Source: Klebsormidium nitens
Lineage: Eukaryota; Plantae; Klebsormidiophyceae
DNA length: 64,000 nt
NCBI GenBank assembly: GCA_000708835.1
Contig: DF237109.1
Location: forward strand, 1-64,000
Direction of reading: 5' to 3'
The first letter of the stretch is position 1. Every line of letters starts with the position of its first letter. The notes under the pieces were generated by a model, which worked only from the letters and a program-made list of their open reading frames with translations, was not told the DNA's origin and made no database searches. The translations under genes were made by a program, and so were the position numbers. Below are positions 50,401 to 63,577 of the stretch, one piece after another.

Positions 50401-53400
50401 ACCCCAACCCTTGATCTTCAAGCTTCGGTTCCCCTTTCGACACGCTCTCGTCGTCCCTTTCTCCTCCCTCAGTTCTCGAACTGGATAGTCCTTTGCTCTC
50501 TGAGGCGGCCTCAAGAACGTTCCCTGCTGCTCCTACTGGCGCCTCCGCAAACGCAGCTTTCGTCCACCCCCCTTCCGAACCCCCCCCGAGGGGCACCCGC
50601 CTGGTAACGGTCCCCAGCAGCAGGCTCACTTCCTTCATGCTCAGCCAGCACGCAACCATTACCATCTGCTCCCGGGGGGCCATTCCGCTGCCGTCGTCAA
50701 ACTCCTGGGGCTCATCTTTGCTGTACGCAGCCCCCCCCGAACCGTTTTGCGCCCCCCCACTTCGATCGTCGTCGCTTTCTTCGCCCTCAGAATCAGAACT
50801 GAACTCCGACTCCCCATCCGACTCCTCTCCTCCACTCTCGCTTTCCCCCTCCCCGCCCCGCCCGGCCAAATCCACCCCCCCGTTTCCATACATCTGCACC
50901 TTCCGCACCCCCTCCGCCAAATCCTCCACGTGTTCCGGGCCCTTCTCCAACTCCTTCAGGTTAAGCGCATTCACACTGACCACCCACAGCGCCAGTGCGG
51001 TCACCCTGAGAATAAGCCCCAGCAGGCGCTTCAGCGAGACCCGCAAACCCTCCGCTGCCGCCGAAACCGCATCCGACCGCCAGTCTAGTTCTTCCATCGT
51101 GTACCGAGTCGCGAGAAGCACCCCGTGAACTAGACTGTGCTCGCAAGCCCCGGGGAGGTCCCGGTTCCCAAGCACGACTTCCGCTTCGAGCCAATCGTTG
51201 AGGCATTCGAGGTACCGGACGATGGCCGCGCCACGCTGTGCAGCGTCTAATGGGCCCTGGAGAGCGAGAGGAAAGTCTTGAGTTGTTTGGACGGTCAAAG
51301 GTCAAGACCTGAACAAAGGCAGATCAAAAGATTCCTGCAGAAGCACGAAGGGCGAGCCTGCAGAAGTGCGAAGGCAAGCGAGATGAGTGGACAGGTCTTC
51401 CTAAACCCAGCACTCAAAAGGGAGTTGAGGTCAGCTCGTCTCCTTGAGCAAATAAATAATTCGAAAAATTCCAAGCGTGCAACGACTCGACTCTATCTTC
51501 ACCCTTCTTGACTGAACTGAAAATACGCATAAAAGTGACCAAACCAGGGAGACGAGCCCCCACCTGAGTCTCTGGCACGATCGCTTTGGGTTCCGGATGC
51601 AGCTGCAGCCCCCACCCTAGTTCCACGACATACTTTCGAAACACCAGGCGCAGCACCAGCGAACCCGCGTCGCTCTCCCGTACCCGGGGACTGTACACTA
51701 GGCCCTTGGCCCAGGCGAGAACGGGCTCGATTGTGCCCAGTTGCTCTAACCCGGGGAGAGGGGTGGGATACTTGAGAAGGAGGCCGAAGGCGCCCTCTCG
51801 GAGACGGTCCCAACTGCACAGGAGAAATCGGTCGAAGTGAGATCCGTTCGTAAAGTAGAGTCTCGGCAAGCTCCCAATGAGCTGAATACAATCGTTGAGG
51901 AAACTCTCTACCGGAGTCCCTAAGGGAATACAACGACAAATATCCGAAGGCTGCTAGACATTCGCGATGGATGCTCCTTTCTTTGCGATCTTGACCTTGG
52001 ATGTATCGGATGAGGTCACAGTCAGAAAACGTCCAGACACAAACAACTCTGAAGCCGCAAGCTTGCAAAAGCACAAGGACTTGCCAAGCTTCGGATCCTT
52101 GATTCGTCTGCAATACAACCTTTCCCAAAGAAGTAGCCTATGCTGATTTAATTTAGCCTTCAAGCTCAGGGTCTCTAACCTCCAACTTTCAAAAGCCAAA
52201 CTTAGACCTCAATCTCGCATTAAGCCCGAATGACTGCTTGGATCACTCCCACAAGTGATCAGCACTGTAAGTTACAACACGACGAACGTCAATCTCCATT
52301 CCGGGCGCAGCACGCGACCCGAGGAAGTGTAGAGCCCCCGTGCCCAGTTGGCGCTCACCTATCCACAACCGCCCCCACGAGCACCAGCGTCGCCTCGCGC
52401 CCCGTGACGTCATCCGCGTACGGCCACAGCCACCTGACGTCACCCCCCCGCGACGGGGGCGCCGCCGGGTCCCACACCTCCAGAAGGCGCCCTAGCAGGT
52501 CCATGGCCATCTGCTTTCGCTCGTAGGGGGCGCTTGGGTAGAGTGATGACATCAGCAGCCTGCTCAGCCACGTCATGAATCGCTCCAAGGTGGCCAGCGT
52601 GGCAGCGCCTTCCGGGTCTTCGTCGCTCTTGTGAGCGGAAGTGCCTGGAAGTGAAGAAAGTTTCAGGAACAAGTAGAAAAGGGGTGCCAATAGTACCGGG
52701 AACGAAGCAAGAGTCTGGTGGAGGCATATCGGCTGGCTCACAGAAGGATAAGGGTTAGAAAGGCGGAGACGTCCAGGATGTGCTAAGGAATCAATAAAAA
52801 AGAGTTCAAACTCTAAAGATCATTAGGCCAATTGCAAAAGTCGACTATGGCTCCTTTAAGGGATTTGGACGTTGCTTCCCCCCTCGCTGCTTTCTCGGGA
52901 TTGGACATCGAACAATCTCGCACTTTTGAAGGTTCCAAGCTTCGGGCTCAGAAAATTGACGGAGCGAATTCTGTCTCTGAACGAAAATTGACGAGCAGAT
53001 CGTATAGGGAGCTTGCGAACTTGTCCGGCCTCATCCAATTTTCGCGCTTTTGAAAAGTGCAACCCTCACTTTCTCTGTCGGCCGCCCTTTTCACTTTCGC
53101 GCTCCCCTTATACCCCTCGTACTTCTCCGTTCTCCCCCCTTCCTGCTCCTTTCTCGCCAGCTCCCTTTGATGCGACCAATGATCCGCCGACGCCCTCACT
53201 CGCTCGAAAAACTTCCGCATCAGGTTCGTCCACTTGTTCCGGAACCCTGTCGAGCTCGGTCGCAGGTTCAGCGGGATCGCGCGCCGCAGAAGCCGCAGCT
53301 CTAGTTCGCACGGCATCGTGATGCTCTTAGGGTTCAGGCACACGAGTTCGGCTGCGGAGACCCTTAGAGATTCTTCCGCGTGGCACACCGCGTCCTCGAG

Positions 53401-56400
53401 CGCCGACACCGGGACGCGCAACGAACCGAGCCGCCCGCAGGCCCTGTTCTCGTCGCCGTTAGCGTTTCCAGAGGCGGATTCGTGCGGGCGCCCCGAAAAC
53501 AAGGCCCGGTCCTCGACGAAAGCGTCCAAACCCCCTACAATGATCCCAAGGGATCGCGCAACTTTGAGCGTCACGATCAACGCTGGCACGGCCTCCGCTG
53601 ACAGATGCCCACCGGTTTTCGTCGCCGCGTCCGACCGCTTTAGACTTCCTTCCCCTTCTTGCTCCCTCTCGGCTCCCTCTAGAGCTTCCTGCGCTGACTG
53701 ACGGTCCTTCTCTACAGCTTCCTCGTCCCCGCTTTCCAGGGGGGTCGTCCTACGGTCTGAACCCCGCTCCCTCGAAACGGACAGAATCGAGCGCAGCAGG
53801 GGCTGCAGGCTGTCGGGATCGATCGAAAGCACCAGTGGGAGGACATATGCCGCCAGATGCGCTCTCAGCCGTTGATCGCTGCGCAGGAGAACGGCCAGCA
53901 GGTCCGGCGCCCAGTGCTGACGCCATGCCACGTCACCGGCCACGGCGCCCCCCTCGGCCGTCCAGCACTCGGAGCGGAGGCGCTCGAGGAAGGCCTAGAG
54001 AGCGAAGGGTGACGTCAGGTCAACAGACAAGGCTTTAGCCTGATCAGCAAACTCGAATGTTTACCGGAAACTTTGGACGGTTAGTCAAGAGTAATTGCTT
54101 GAGCATCTGGTTGCGACGAAGTTAACACGTGAATAGGGCTGAGAATAACCCGTTTCTGCAGTAGGCACGTTTCGAACAAGAGCTGATCCGAATGGAGGGG
54201 AATATGGTCTTTGCTGCAGAGTCCAGTTCCTTTGACTCAGAAAACGGCCGACAGACGTTCCTTGCCCAACCGATTTGAAGACGTTTGCAATCAACATGCG
54301 CGCCGCGACCATCTTTTAAGACTACGCTGACGAATGCAGTCTTGTGATCCACACTCGCTGCAGCCAGCTAAAGATCTGACTTCCAAAAGGTCAACCCGTC
54401 CCCAACAGAATGTCCATACGGACCAAAAACCAGCACACGACCCTCACCTTGAGAAAGCTCTGTGCTTGGCAGCAAATGGAGTCGTTGACCATCGCCTCGA
54501 GCACTCCCCGAACGATACGTGGGCTTCTCTCGAGCAGCCACGTGGAGCCCATCCGGCTCGCAATGGCGGCCAGCGGCATGTACCGGCCCTTGCGGTGGGG
54601 GCTGATCGCGAGCAGATCACGTGCCAGGTTCTCCAGGAACGACGTGTCGCCGCCGTAAAGGGCGTGAATCTCGATCAGTAGGTCGAAGACAGCCTACAAA
54701 GATCCAAAACTAGGTTTGGGGAGGATCGGAAGAGGGTAGTGAGACGAAACAAGGCGAGGTCTTACATCGCTCAAATGTAAGAGCGAAGCGACAATCAATT
54801 TGACGTGGCATGCAGTGTGACGTAGGCCGTTCCTTGGCAACTATTGGAGCAGAGTGAGAAAATCACTGGGGAAAGTTGACAACTGTCTCGACAATCACAA
54901 AGCGTGAGGGAAAAGGAAGCCTACGGCAATGGGCGATATGGAAACAGTGTGATTTCTAGCGAAATGTCTAGAAAGAGGGGGCAGGAACCATCATAGTAGA
55001 TCCTCACGGAAAGACGACATCTTCAGACCAGAATTTTCAAAGACATGGATTGTCCAAACAATTGTTGGCCTCCTCCCCCTCCTGGCAATCCTTCAAAACC
55101 GACGGGTTCCGGATGCAAATACTCACCTGCGCCTGCTTGACGGTCTGTGTCAGTGGATCCTCCCAGTTGTTCCACACGATCTGCAACACCCGGTCCAGCG
55201 CTTCCTTCGTCAGCAGCATGCTCGCTCGTCCTGATGCATCGTTCCTGGACCCCTCCCTTTCCCAAATCGTTTCCCCTCCGCTCCTCTCCGTTCCTTTCAA
55301 TGTCAAATCACTGCCGGCATTCTCAACCGAGGTGCCGTCTAATGGGTACCCCTCTGCCCCCGTTTCGGCAACAACGTCGCCCACCGCTCTTTCTCCATCG
55401 AGAGTCAGCGAAGTCAAACCCTCGACTTCCTCTCCCTCTCTATCCACGGCCAATCCGTTTGCCTCCCCTTCGAGCAAAGTCTCCCAAGACCGTGACTCTT
55501 CCGACTGTCCATTCACTCCCTTCACGTCTTCCTCCCGCGACCCGGCTTCCACAGAGTCCGCATTAGCAGCAACAACTTCCCCACTAACCCTCTCCAAACC
55601 CTCGTCAACCCCAGTGCTCCGCACCCCCGCTAGCGACTCCTCGAGCGAAGCCTTCACTTGCTGGAGGCACACTTGCAGGCTTGTTATCGCGTGGAACTTG
55701 AAATGCGCGTCGGTCGCATCCTCGCACAGCCGACACAGCGTCGGAAGGATCCCGTCGTACAGGAGTGTCCAGGGTTTAGCGGGGGTTAGGGTCCCGGGGT
55801 CCGCCGCGGTTGAGGGAGTTTGGCGCAGAAGTGGGCGGTTGAGTTCTGGACGAGGGGTCGTGGTTAGAAGACTCCGGAGGATGCACAGCCGTCCGAATTC
55901 GGTGCACTTTCGGAACTCGGTCCGGAGGTCTGAATTCAGCGGGTTTAAAACCAGAGTGTTGACTGGAAGGCGGGATACGGAACGAGAACTCGAAGCTGGT
56001 TGAGCTGGGCTACTGGAAGAGACTTCCGTCGCTCCATTTTCACCACTTTTCAAGGACGCGTCGAGACCGTAGAAGCTGACAGCCTCGCCTTCTGACAAGA
56101 AGGCTCGAGTGAGTTCGAGTGCGAGATCCGAAGGGTCGGAACCGAGTAAAACGGCCCCGCACAGAGACACACTCGCAGCGACGTCGCACTCCCGAGTCAG
56201 AGTGCCGCTTTGCAACACTCCTAGAACTGTTGTGACGATTGCGCGGTACACTTTAAGCCCCTCCCCTTCGTCCCCCCCCGTTTCGCTCGCCATCCCCAAA
56301 CCTTCCAGTGTTACCCCCCCAGGTGTGCCCCTCGCTTGTGTCCCGGCCCCTTGGGATCCCTCTGCTTGCCTTCCCTCCCCTTGCACTGCCCCCACATGTC

Positions 56401-57495
56401 CACTGCTCACATACCCCCCTGATCTAGCTTCCGCACCTTCCGTTGCTGCAGTGTTCTTGCCGGCAGCCGTCGAGAGCACGCGGTTGGCCCCTGGCCCGAG
56501 CATCTGCTCCCCATACTCGCGCTGTAGAAAAAAGAGCGCTGACAGCGCCTCCTGGCACTCGTCCATCACCGCTGACATCACGTGCCGCGTCGCGTATGCG
56601 ACATACCCGCACAACTCCCGTGCGATCACGAGAGCCGACAGCTTGGTCACCGGGGCCAACAGGGGCTGGAATTGGGCGCCAATTAGAGTAGAAGTGACCC
56701 CCACTAAAGCGAACCGCCGTGCCTTTGGGCCCCCCTCGCTGTACTCTTGACACAGGCGCGCGATGCGAGTCGCCAGCCATGAGAACCGCTCGCTTTCCTG
56801 GGGGAGTGGTTTGGGCGTGGCAGGCGACCCCCCTGCTGGAGGTGGTAATGGTGGGGGGGGTAGCGAGGGGAGGCGGATGGCAGTGATGAGAAGGTGAGAG
56901 TGCAGTGGTCGGGAGTTCTCGAAGAAGAGAAGCTCCAGAAAGAGGTCCACCGCTTCTGAAAGATCAGAATAATTGGTGGCCCCGTCGGTGCCTTCCTGCA
57001 ATTGCAAAGTAAAACTTGGTCAGTCTGCATTGCAAGTTACTTGCTGTCCCCTTGGCCAACCCGCTGCATAGCTTCACCGAAAAACGGCTGTGGTTCATGG
57101 TGCAGTAATCGCAGTCTAATCCAATGCAGTGCTGGGACTTAGAAAGTAAAGTAGCACCCATACTTGGATAGTCCCTCTACAGGACGGTACAGCTCATCTC
57201 GGGCACTTCCATAACTCATCTCCATCAATCAAAACTCTGATAGTCAGGAAGTTACCTGGCTGTCAATCTCCTTTGCTGCCTTCAGCAGCAGCGCCGCAAT
57301 GCCCTTGAACCTCGCCACCTCATCATACGTGCTCGTCAGCGCTGCAAAACTGCTCAGCTGCGCAGCGAATGCCGCGATGGGTGGGTGGTCGCACCGGGCA
57401 AGAAGCGCGGCGCGTGCAACAAACGCTGGTGGAAAGACGATGCCCGTATCCGCCCACCGCTTGCGCCGCTGCTGGCGCACGAAGCGGCCGGACAT
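44457..57495 (-). CDS. THADA: THADA / Trm732-like ARM-repeat protein (DUF2428), 11 exons, ~2943 aa
   Basis: Exons 57256-57495, 55127-56995, 54448-54693, 53064-53994, 52359-52644, 51564-51813, 50196-51256, 49066-49669, 48545-48666 (GC donor), 48001-48219, 44457-47460. Total 8832 nt with all phases consistent. Motifs: NNWEDPLTQTVKQ, CWLSMKEVSLLLG, MKHNGAIDK...GF..LC, RRSAGIPAAF, VPQVHAFNTLR, WEVRNAA.LAYAAL, HPSLYPVLMLLARL. Confidence 0.92.
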
Positions 57496-58202
57496 GGCGA
57501 CTGCGGGGGTTTACCCCTTGGCCAAAAAGGCTTCTTGCTGAATTACCTAGCTGGCATTGCCACCTTGGCAAAGGAAGGCTGTCCTGAGGAAGTAGGACAT
57601 TTGTGTTTACTGCTCTGACGTCGCTTGCATGAATTTATGACGGTCTGTGAAACTTTGGAAGAGGTGGAGGTCTGGACAGAAGTTTAAGGCTTTTAACCAA
57701 CAGATTTGGAGTACCGGTACGACTGCCGGGTGCCGGTCTCTCTTCCAAAGACGACGGTTCTGAATCGCCAAGCCTTCGCCTCTCGCCGCTCAAACAGGAA
57801 ACCGGTAGTCCTGGCGTCTTGGTTAACGCGCAAACCGCCTAGGCACCTAACCCTCATTCGCAGCTTGCAAGCTGGAACTTGAACTTGAAGCTGGCGTCCC
57901 TTTCAATGCACAGAAGGCAACGTCCCTGCCTAAAACCTATTCTTAGCGTCTAGAGAAGAAGCCGCGGAACTCCGCTTGCCTGCTTGCTCATCCCTGGCAC
58001 ACTCAAGTCCCTGCTTGCAGCTGGTGATGAAGTATGAGTGTCGCAGCGGGGCGCTATGCTTTGAGCCATTGAGCGATTGCATTCTGTTGCAATGCTTCAA
58101 TCACAACAAGCCTTAGCTGTGCACACGCGAATGAAACGTTTCAGCGCCACCCTCAGGCTCTGACCGCCTCTCAGCATTGATTGATTTGCTCTCCAAGTCA
58201 CG

Positions 58203-59348
58203 ATGCGCGGGTCAAAGAATCGCAAGGGTGGGAGCTTTCTCGGGGGCCGGCCCAGTATAACTTACATTTACTTCCTGCTGACGATGACAGTCGCCAGCGT
58301 TCTAATCGCCCGAGATTGGTTCCACCCCAGACTGGAGCTGCTGCATCAACGCGAGTTTGTGCAAGAGGAAATGGGGTTCTTCTACCACAAGTCGACAGCA
58401 GAGAGCGCTTCTTTGCGGAGATCAGCAGCAGGGGAAACCGCCTCCGAGGCATCAGGGGCTGGTTCGGGGGCAAAGGCAAGTGGCGCAGACGTCATGGAAA
58501 GGGGCAGTGTGAAGTTTCTAGACCTGGGGAAAGCAGCATATGTGCGGGGGCGCAACTTTGAGGAAGACGGGTACACTTTAACGTGTCCGGAAGGCCAGGG
58601 CCCCTTGTTCACCCGTCCGCTGTCCGTAGTAATCGCCTTTCCGTACGCGGGGTATGAGTGGGTTAGCAGGGCGCTTGAGAATGTTATCGATCAGCTAGAT
58701 GAAAAGAAGGCCGCTGGAAGCGATACCAATGTGTTCCTTCTAAAGGGAGGGGCAGCTAGTGACTTGAGACGAGTCACTCAGGGCAGGGAGTTTCGGGCCG
58801 TCGTTGTGTTACGCGACCCTCGCGACTGGGTCACTCTGAAAGTTCTGAGTCGACCGAAGGCCGAAAGGTCCTGGTCAGAGGGGCTGTTGGGAAACCTGTT
58901 CGGACGGGCAGCGGCGATTGACACCGGCGTTTCGGAAGCATTAGACATCGAGATTAGTCAGCTGAAGCAAGATGTTGAGAGAAATGTGCGAGGGGGGTCC
59001 AGTCTTCTGTCCAACACTTTCAACTTAGCAAGGTTTGCAAGCGAGGCGAACGATTCGAGCAGAGTAGCATTTGTTAGATATGAAGATATGTGGCAAAGGA
59101 ATCCCAAGGGGGGCTGGCCCGCGATCGCGTGCTGGCTGGGATTACACAAACAAAGTGTAGCGCAGCTTTTTGAGAATCAGCAACGGCTAGAGCAGGAGGG
59201 CTTTTTCGTACCAGGAGTCGGAGCCGAGGGGTATGCCCCCGGCCTGTGGCGGAACCACTTCTCCGCTGAAAACGCGAGGCACTTCAAGGAAACGTTGAGA
59301 GGTGTCGTGTCCTGGCTTGGTTACCAAAGGGATGAGAGTTGGGGCTGA
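58203..59348 (+). CDS. Intronless type-II membrane sulfotransferase-fold protein, 381 aa
   Basis: Short basic N-terminus plus a transmembrane anchor (ITYIYFLLTMTVASVLIA). It has the 3'-PB motif VVLRDPRDW, RYED, and a C-terminal PGLWRNHFS...FKE...LGY..W. The 5'-PSB position reads FPYAGYEWVSRAL. Confidence 0.72.
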   Translation: MRGSKNRKGGSFLGGRPSITYIYFLLTMTVASVLIARDWFHPRLELLHQREFVQEEMGFFYHKSTAESASLRRSAAGETASEASGAGSGAKASGADVMERGSVKFLDLGKAAYVRGRNFEEDGYTLTCPEGQGPLFTRPLSVVIAFPYAGYEWVSRALENVIDQLDEKKAAGSDTNVFLLKGGAASDLRRVTQGREFRAVVVLRDPRDWVTLKVLSRPKAERSWSEGLLGNLFGRAAAIDTGVSEALDIEISQLKQDVERNVRGGSSLLSNTFNLARFASEANDSSRVAFVRYEDMWQRNPKGGWPAIACWLGLHKQSVAQLFENQQRLEQEGFFVPGVGAEGYAPGLWRNHFSAENARHFKETLRGVVSWLGYQRDESWG

Positions 59349-59991
59349 CCATAATGCCACGGCACAATTCTGGCGCTAGAAGCTTACGGTTTGGCTGCCA
59401 GTCGTGTCCCCTTCCTTAGCTAAGCTTGTGCTCTGGTTGTCCGTTCTGCCAACCTTTTTTTGCAAATAGACTGCATGCAGCGGTCAATGGCTAAGTACTG
59501 CTACATTTGTAATTTGGTGACTGACTCGAAAAGTAGTAGGAAAGCTTCAGGTAGACATAACGCGCCGACGATTCTTAAGACGCAATTGATTGAGAAGAGA
59601 GGACTGCTTAACGGGCAATAGAAGGCACTTGGCCGCAGCATGACCATCTGATCTATATAAAAGCAAAGCTAGAAGGCTTTAAGCAACTTGAAGAGAGATT
59701 ATACTGAACTCCGGCATCTGCCAGTGCAGTGACTAGCAGCTTTCGAGTTAAAGCTAGTGGCACCACTAGATTGTGTAAACACGCTCTTGCACATCTTGGT
59801 CTGAATTTGATGTCACTGGCACATCTTGTTATCTATAAACATCCCATGCATGATGGATGCACTACGCGGTCGGATATATCCAAATGCCTTCAATTTGTTC
59901 AATGCTGACGGTCGAATTGCCCCAGTGGTGCGAAGTTGCGCGCTAGCTTTGATATGTATATGTAGACCTATGTGGACCGCGCGCGCATCCA

Positions 59992-62900
59992 CATGCCACG
60001 GGACCGCTACGGTGCAATTTTCCTTGGCGCAGAATTGCGCCATGTCGACAAATTACGGCGGCCGCGCCGTAGCATACTCCTACTTTCAGACCTATTTATT
60101 GCCCCAAAATCGCCGCAGCTCCGTGGTGGTTCGCAAGTCTTTCGTACGACGCTCGTACGCAAAATTGGGTCCTGCCACGATAAATTGGTACCTTTGTAGG
60201 AGATTGCCTCTGAAAGTAGCCCTTGAAGGAACGTGTGTCAATGGCTGCCATGGCAAGATACACGATTCTCCTTCCCAGAGCAGCTCCATGGATGGCTAAG
60301 GAAGGCATGTACCACCTTCCACACTTTTCTGTGGATCAATCCTCTGGCGCTGAGCGCCACCATGGAAGGTGGTCCTTCAAGTGCTTCCACCATCTTTCAT
60401 ATGGTCCATCTCCCCCGGATCATGTTCGAAGTGCATTGACACCACACTCTGGACACACTACGATTTAACTCAAGTCCTACCGTAGTACAGGTAATAGAAG
60501 GGGTAGGCACTGGGCAGTGTCAGTGTAGACTCCGAGTCCGGGAGCTCAGATCTAGGTCACCTAGTAGGTACCTATGTAGCGGCAGAGACGATCCCTCAGC
60601 TCTTGAATTGCAGGGCAGCTTTGCAGGGCCAGCGCCAAAGCAAAACGAGAACTCTGCCATCAGACGCATTACAGGCTTGGCACAAGAGGGCAAAAAGCAA
60701 GAGGATTGACAATGTAGCTCTTACAGTTGGCGCAAGGAAGGGGTGCAACTTGAGAAGGTGCAAGGTCTTGTGAAGAGCCCACGCACCCAAGAAGATACAG
60801 GAGCAGGCTTTGTCAGACAGGGGTGCTATGCTAGCTTCAGAAGGGTCCGCTGCGATGGCCCAGGATCAGGAGTGATGGGCAAACATCCACCTGTTACCAG
60901 CAGCAATAGGGTCGTGAGTTCAGAGGCACTGGAGGCTCTAGTGGAGCAACATGAAATCACCCGGGCAGTCAGCGGTAAGTGAAGCTCATGACAGAACGTT
61001 GTCAGGATTGTGGCTTGACATATTGTATCAAATCTAAGAAAAAGCTGAAATCGTTTCAAACTTACGGCTGGGCCCAAAGTAGCAATAGATGAAAATGCAA
61101 GGCAATGCTTTAGAGCCATTTGGTCGTACAGGAATTTTGAAAGGCCCTCACAATGCAACTGGGAATGCTGCCTTGTCATTGGACTTTTGGAGTGGCAGAG
61201 CTCTGTCCTCAGTTGCATTTGGCCCGTGGCACCAACGCCAAAGCTCTGTAGGCACCCGGAATTGAAAGGGTTATCCAAGTTGCTTACGAGATGCCGCCAG
61301 GAGAATTTGCTGCTTTTGTCTGCTGTCAAAGCGTTGCTCAAGAGATTCCAAGCCTAATGAAAGGGAGTCGATGCAGTAGTTGCTGCTGATAATCTGGAGG
61401 CTGCTATCTGCATGGTTAAAGATGCGATGAACTTAGAAGAGCACTAGTTCACCTAAATGCGCGCTTGGCTCTCAAACAGATTGGCATTGCATTTACGAAA
61501 CAGAACAGAACTGAAAACTCGCCTCGCTTTGACCCATCTTGCCTCAGTTACACCCCGTTAAAGCTACAATTTGCTTCTTCATGTGGTCATGTGGTGAAGG
61601 ACAGCGGCAATGTAAGGAAGTCAAGAAGGCCCAGCTCGCCTCAGTGCTTCTAGTAGATCGTACGTGGTACAAAGTTTAAGAAGCGAGTGCATTCACTCAG
61701 TGCCAGTCAGAGAGCATTCTCTGGCAGCTTCGCGTTCTCTTCTTGATCATGTACTGCCCTACAATCTGCACAATTCAAGGCTTATTTTGTATTTTTGACA
61801 TTGTGAGGCTTGATGTCCACTGTGCAACAATACCCGATGACTTGCAGCAGAAGCTGTACATAGCTTCAGATTTTAGTCTTCCAGTGGGAAGACGAGGGGA
61901 AAACTTTTCTGGCCATGCTGAAAACAGTTTTTTCTGAGAAGCAACGAGGCACCATTCTGGTCACCCATCTCTAAAAAAGGTTGACGGGCAGATCGGGCAC
62001 GGAGCTTCCACCACTTAGAGATTGCTGGTGAGTCTGGTTCCATCGTCTTGCAATTGAGCTGCCGTTGTTGGGACTACTGCAATATAAAGATATGAAACTG
62101 GCTTTGAAAGCATAAAGTTGAGCTGGTAGGATGTAAGGAGGGCGTTGCATAGCTGGCTTTTAAAAGGCAGTGTTGGACGACATTGTGACGTCGTCGTCAA
62201 TATCCACCACTTCGAAGTTAATGTTCTCCTATCTTGGCATTGCAGGTGGCGGTCGGATGGCTGGCAAGGTGGGAGCTTGTTCTGATCATCTGCGCCTTGT
62301 GGCGCAAGGAAGGTTGGCAATATTTATACAAAGCTAGGGGCTCGCTGAGCTTTGGTCTAGCTGCTTTGAAAGCGTTCAGGACGGCTGATTGAAGGCTAGA
62401 AGCAGGACTGAACGTGAAGCGGAGTGCTCCAAATGCATTATTGATAACATTGCATCTCTGATGGTTTTTTCCTTCTCTAAAGCCCTTCGTCAAATGGGCA
62501 CCCACTTGAAACGACTGTAAATCTTCGTATGAAGTCTGCGTTTTGGCAACAAAACTAGCAAAGTGTAGCAAGGCTATGCTGTTGTGATGGGTGCATGCCA
62601 GCGGCAAATACGGATGCAGCAAATTGACATCCGGGATGATTCAGTGCGCATGCGAACGAGCTTGCAATGCAACGGGCTGCCCTCGACTTCATCAATAAGA
62701 CGGCAAGAGCCACATTACTCCATGGCATGCCTGGCATTTCGTGATGTGCCGTCCTAAGTCCCGCTTAAACAATCTACTTACAACCTGCTTTCAATATTGC
62801 ATCATACTGGCACGATGTATGCGGTAGAAATCACCCAGTAAATTTTGTAGGCTATACAATACAGATATGCCGCTCACGAATCTTGGTTCCATTATCCATA

Positions 62901-63577
62901 TATACCTATTAGCATTGCTCCGACAGGATACCGTCATTATTAGCTCTTTCTAGCTAATGATGTGCTTTAAAGCCGTGAAGCTCTAGAAAGGTGCCAGGCA
63001 TAATAATGTACTGCTCTCATGCAGGATTAAATATAGTATTAGTAACTCAAGTCTTGTATACGACAGTATGCTAGAAGGACGACTTGAATTGCATGATGCT
63101 GGTCAGCTCCATAGAACAATTCAAGTGCATTGAAGCCTCACTGCATGAGGCTTCGCTTGTACTGAGACCGTAACAGAGTCCCCAGCCTCAGGTAAATCAC
63201 CGGGGCGTCAGTCGAATGGTCCATGGGCCTGGCGGCCCCCATGGCCGACGTCAGGACGCTGCCCGGTAGGTAGAAATATAATCGGGGCGCGTCGGCCAGT
63301 GCTGGGCCCTGGCATGCTCCCGGTACTGCTACAGTACACCGTACGGTAGTGTTAAAATGTTGCACATTTTGTAGCAGCGTACAGGTGCTCGAAAAGTCGA
63401 CGAATATGCGTCAATATTGCGGCAAGACTGCACCACGCACATTTTATTTTGGCGGAAACTTGGACGGCACTTGGCGCATTATTGATTCCGATTTCGTACG
63501 CGGAGCGCGCCAATTTTCCGCGTAGACTGCCGGAATATTGCCCCAAGACAAATTGCACCATAGCTGTCCCGTGCATG
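59992..63577. mobile_element. Putative DNA transposon relic with long diverged terminal inverted repeats (Mutator-like is a guess)
   Basis: 59992-60031 matches the reverse complement of 63539-63577 at about 34/39 nt with one gap. A second colinear block is cgtggtg...agtctt (60122-60141 vs 63424-63437). The interior has fragmented minus-strand frames (e.g. 60826-61341, 62218-62622). No TSD or catalytic motif was identified. Confidence 0.5.

Noticed and set aside
44479-56780. Many long plus-strand ORFs (e.g. 44885-45760, 50493-51128, 55050-56003)
   Set aside because: They are antisense shadows of the GC-rich THADA exons, with Ser/Pro/Arg-rich composition and no motifs.
60596-60790. HPFLAPTVRATLSI resembling the hAT dimerisation motif
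   Set aside because: Most of the match falls in a 49-nt intron-like segment (60676-60724, gtaaga...ccaag on the minus strand), so the translation is probably spurious.
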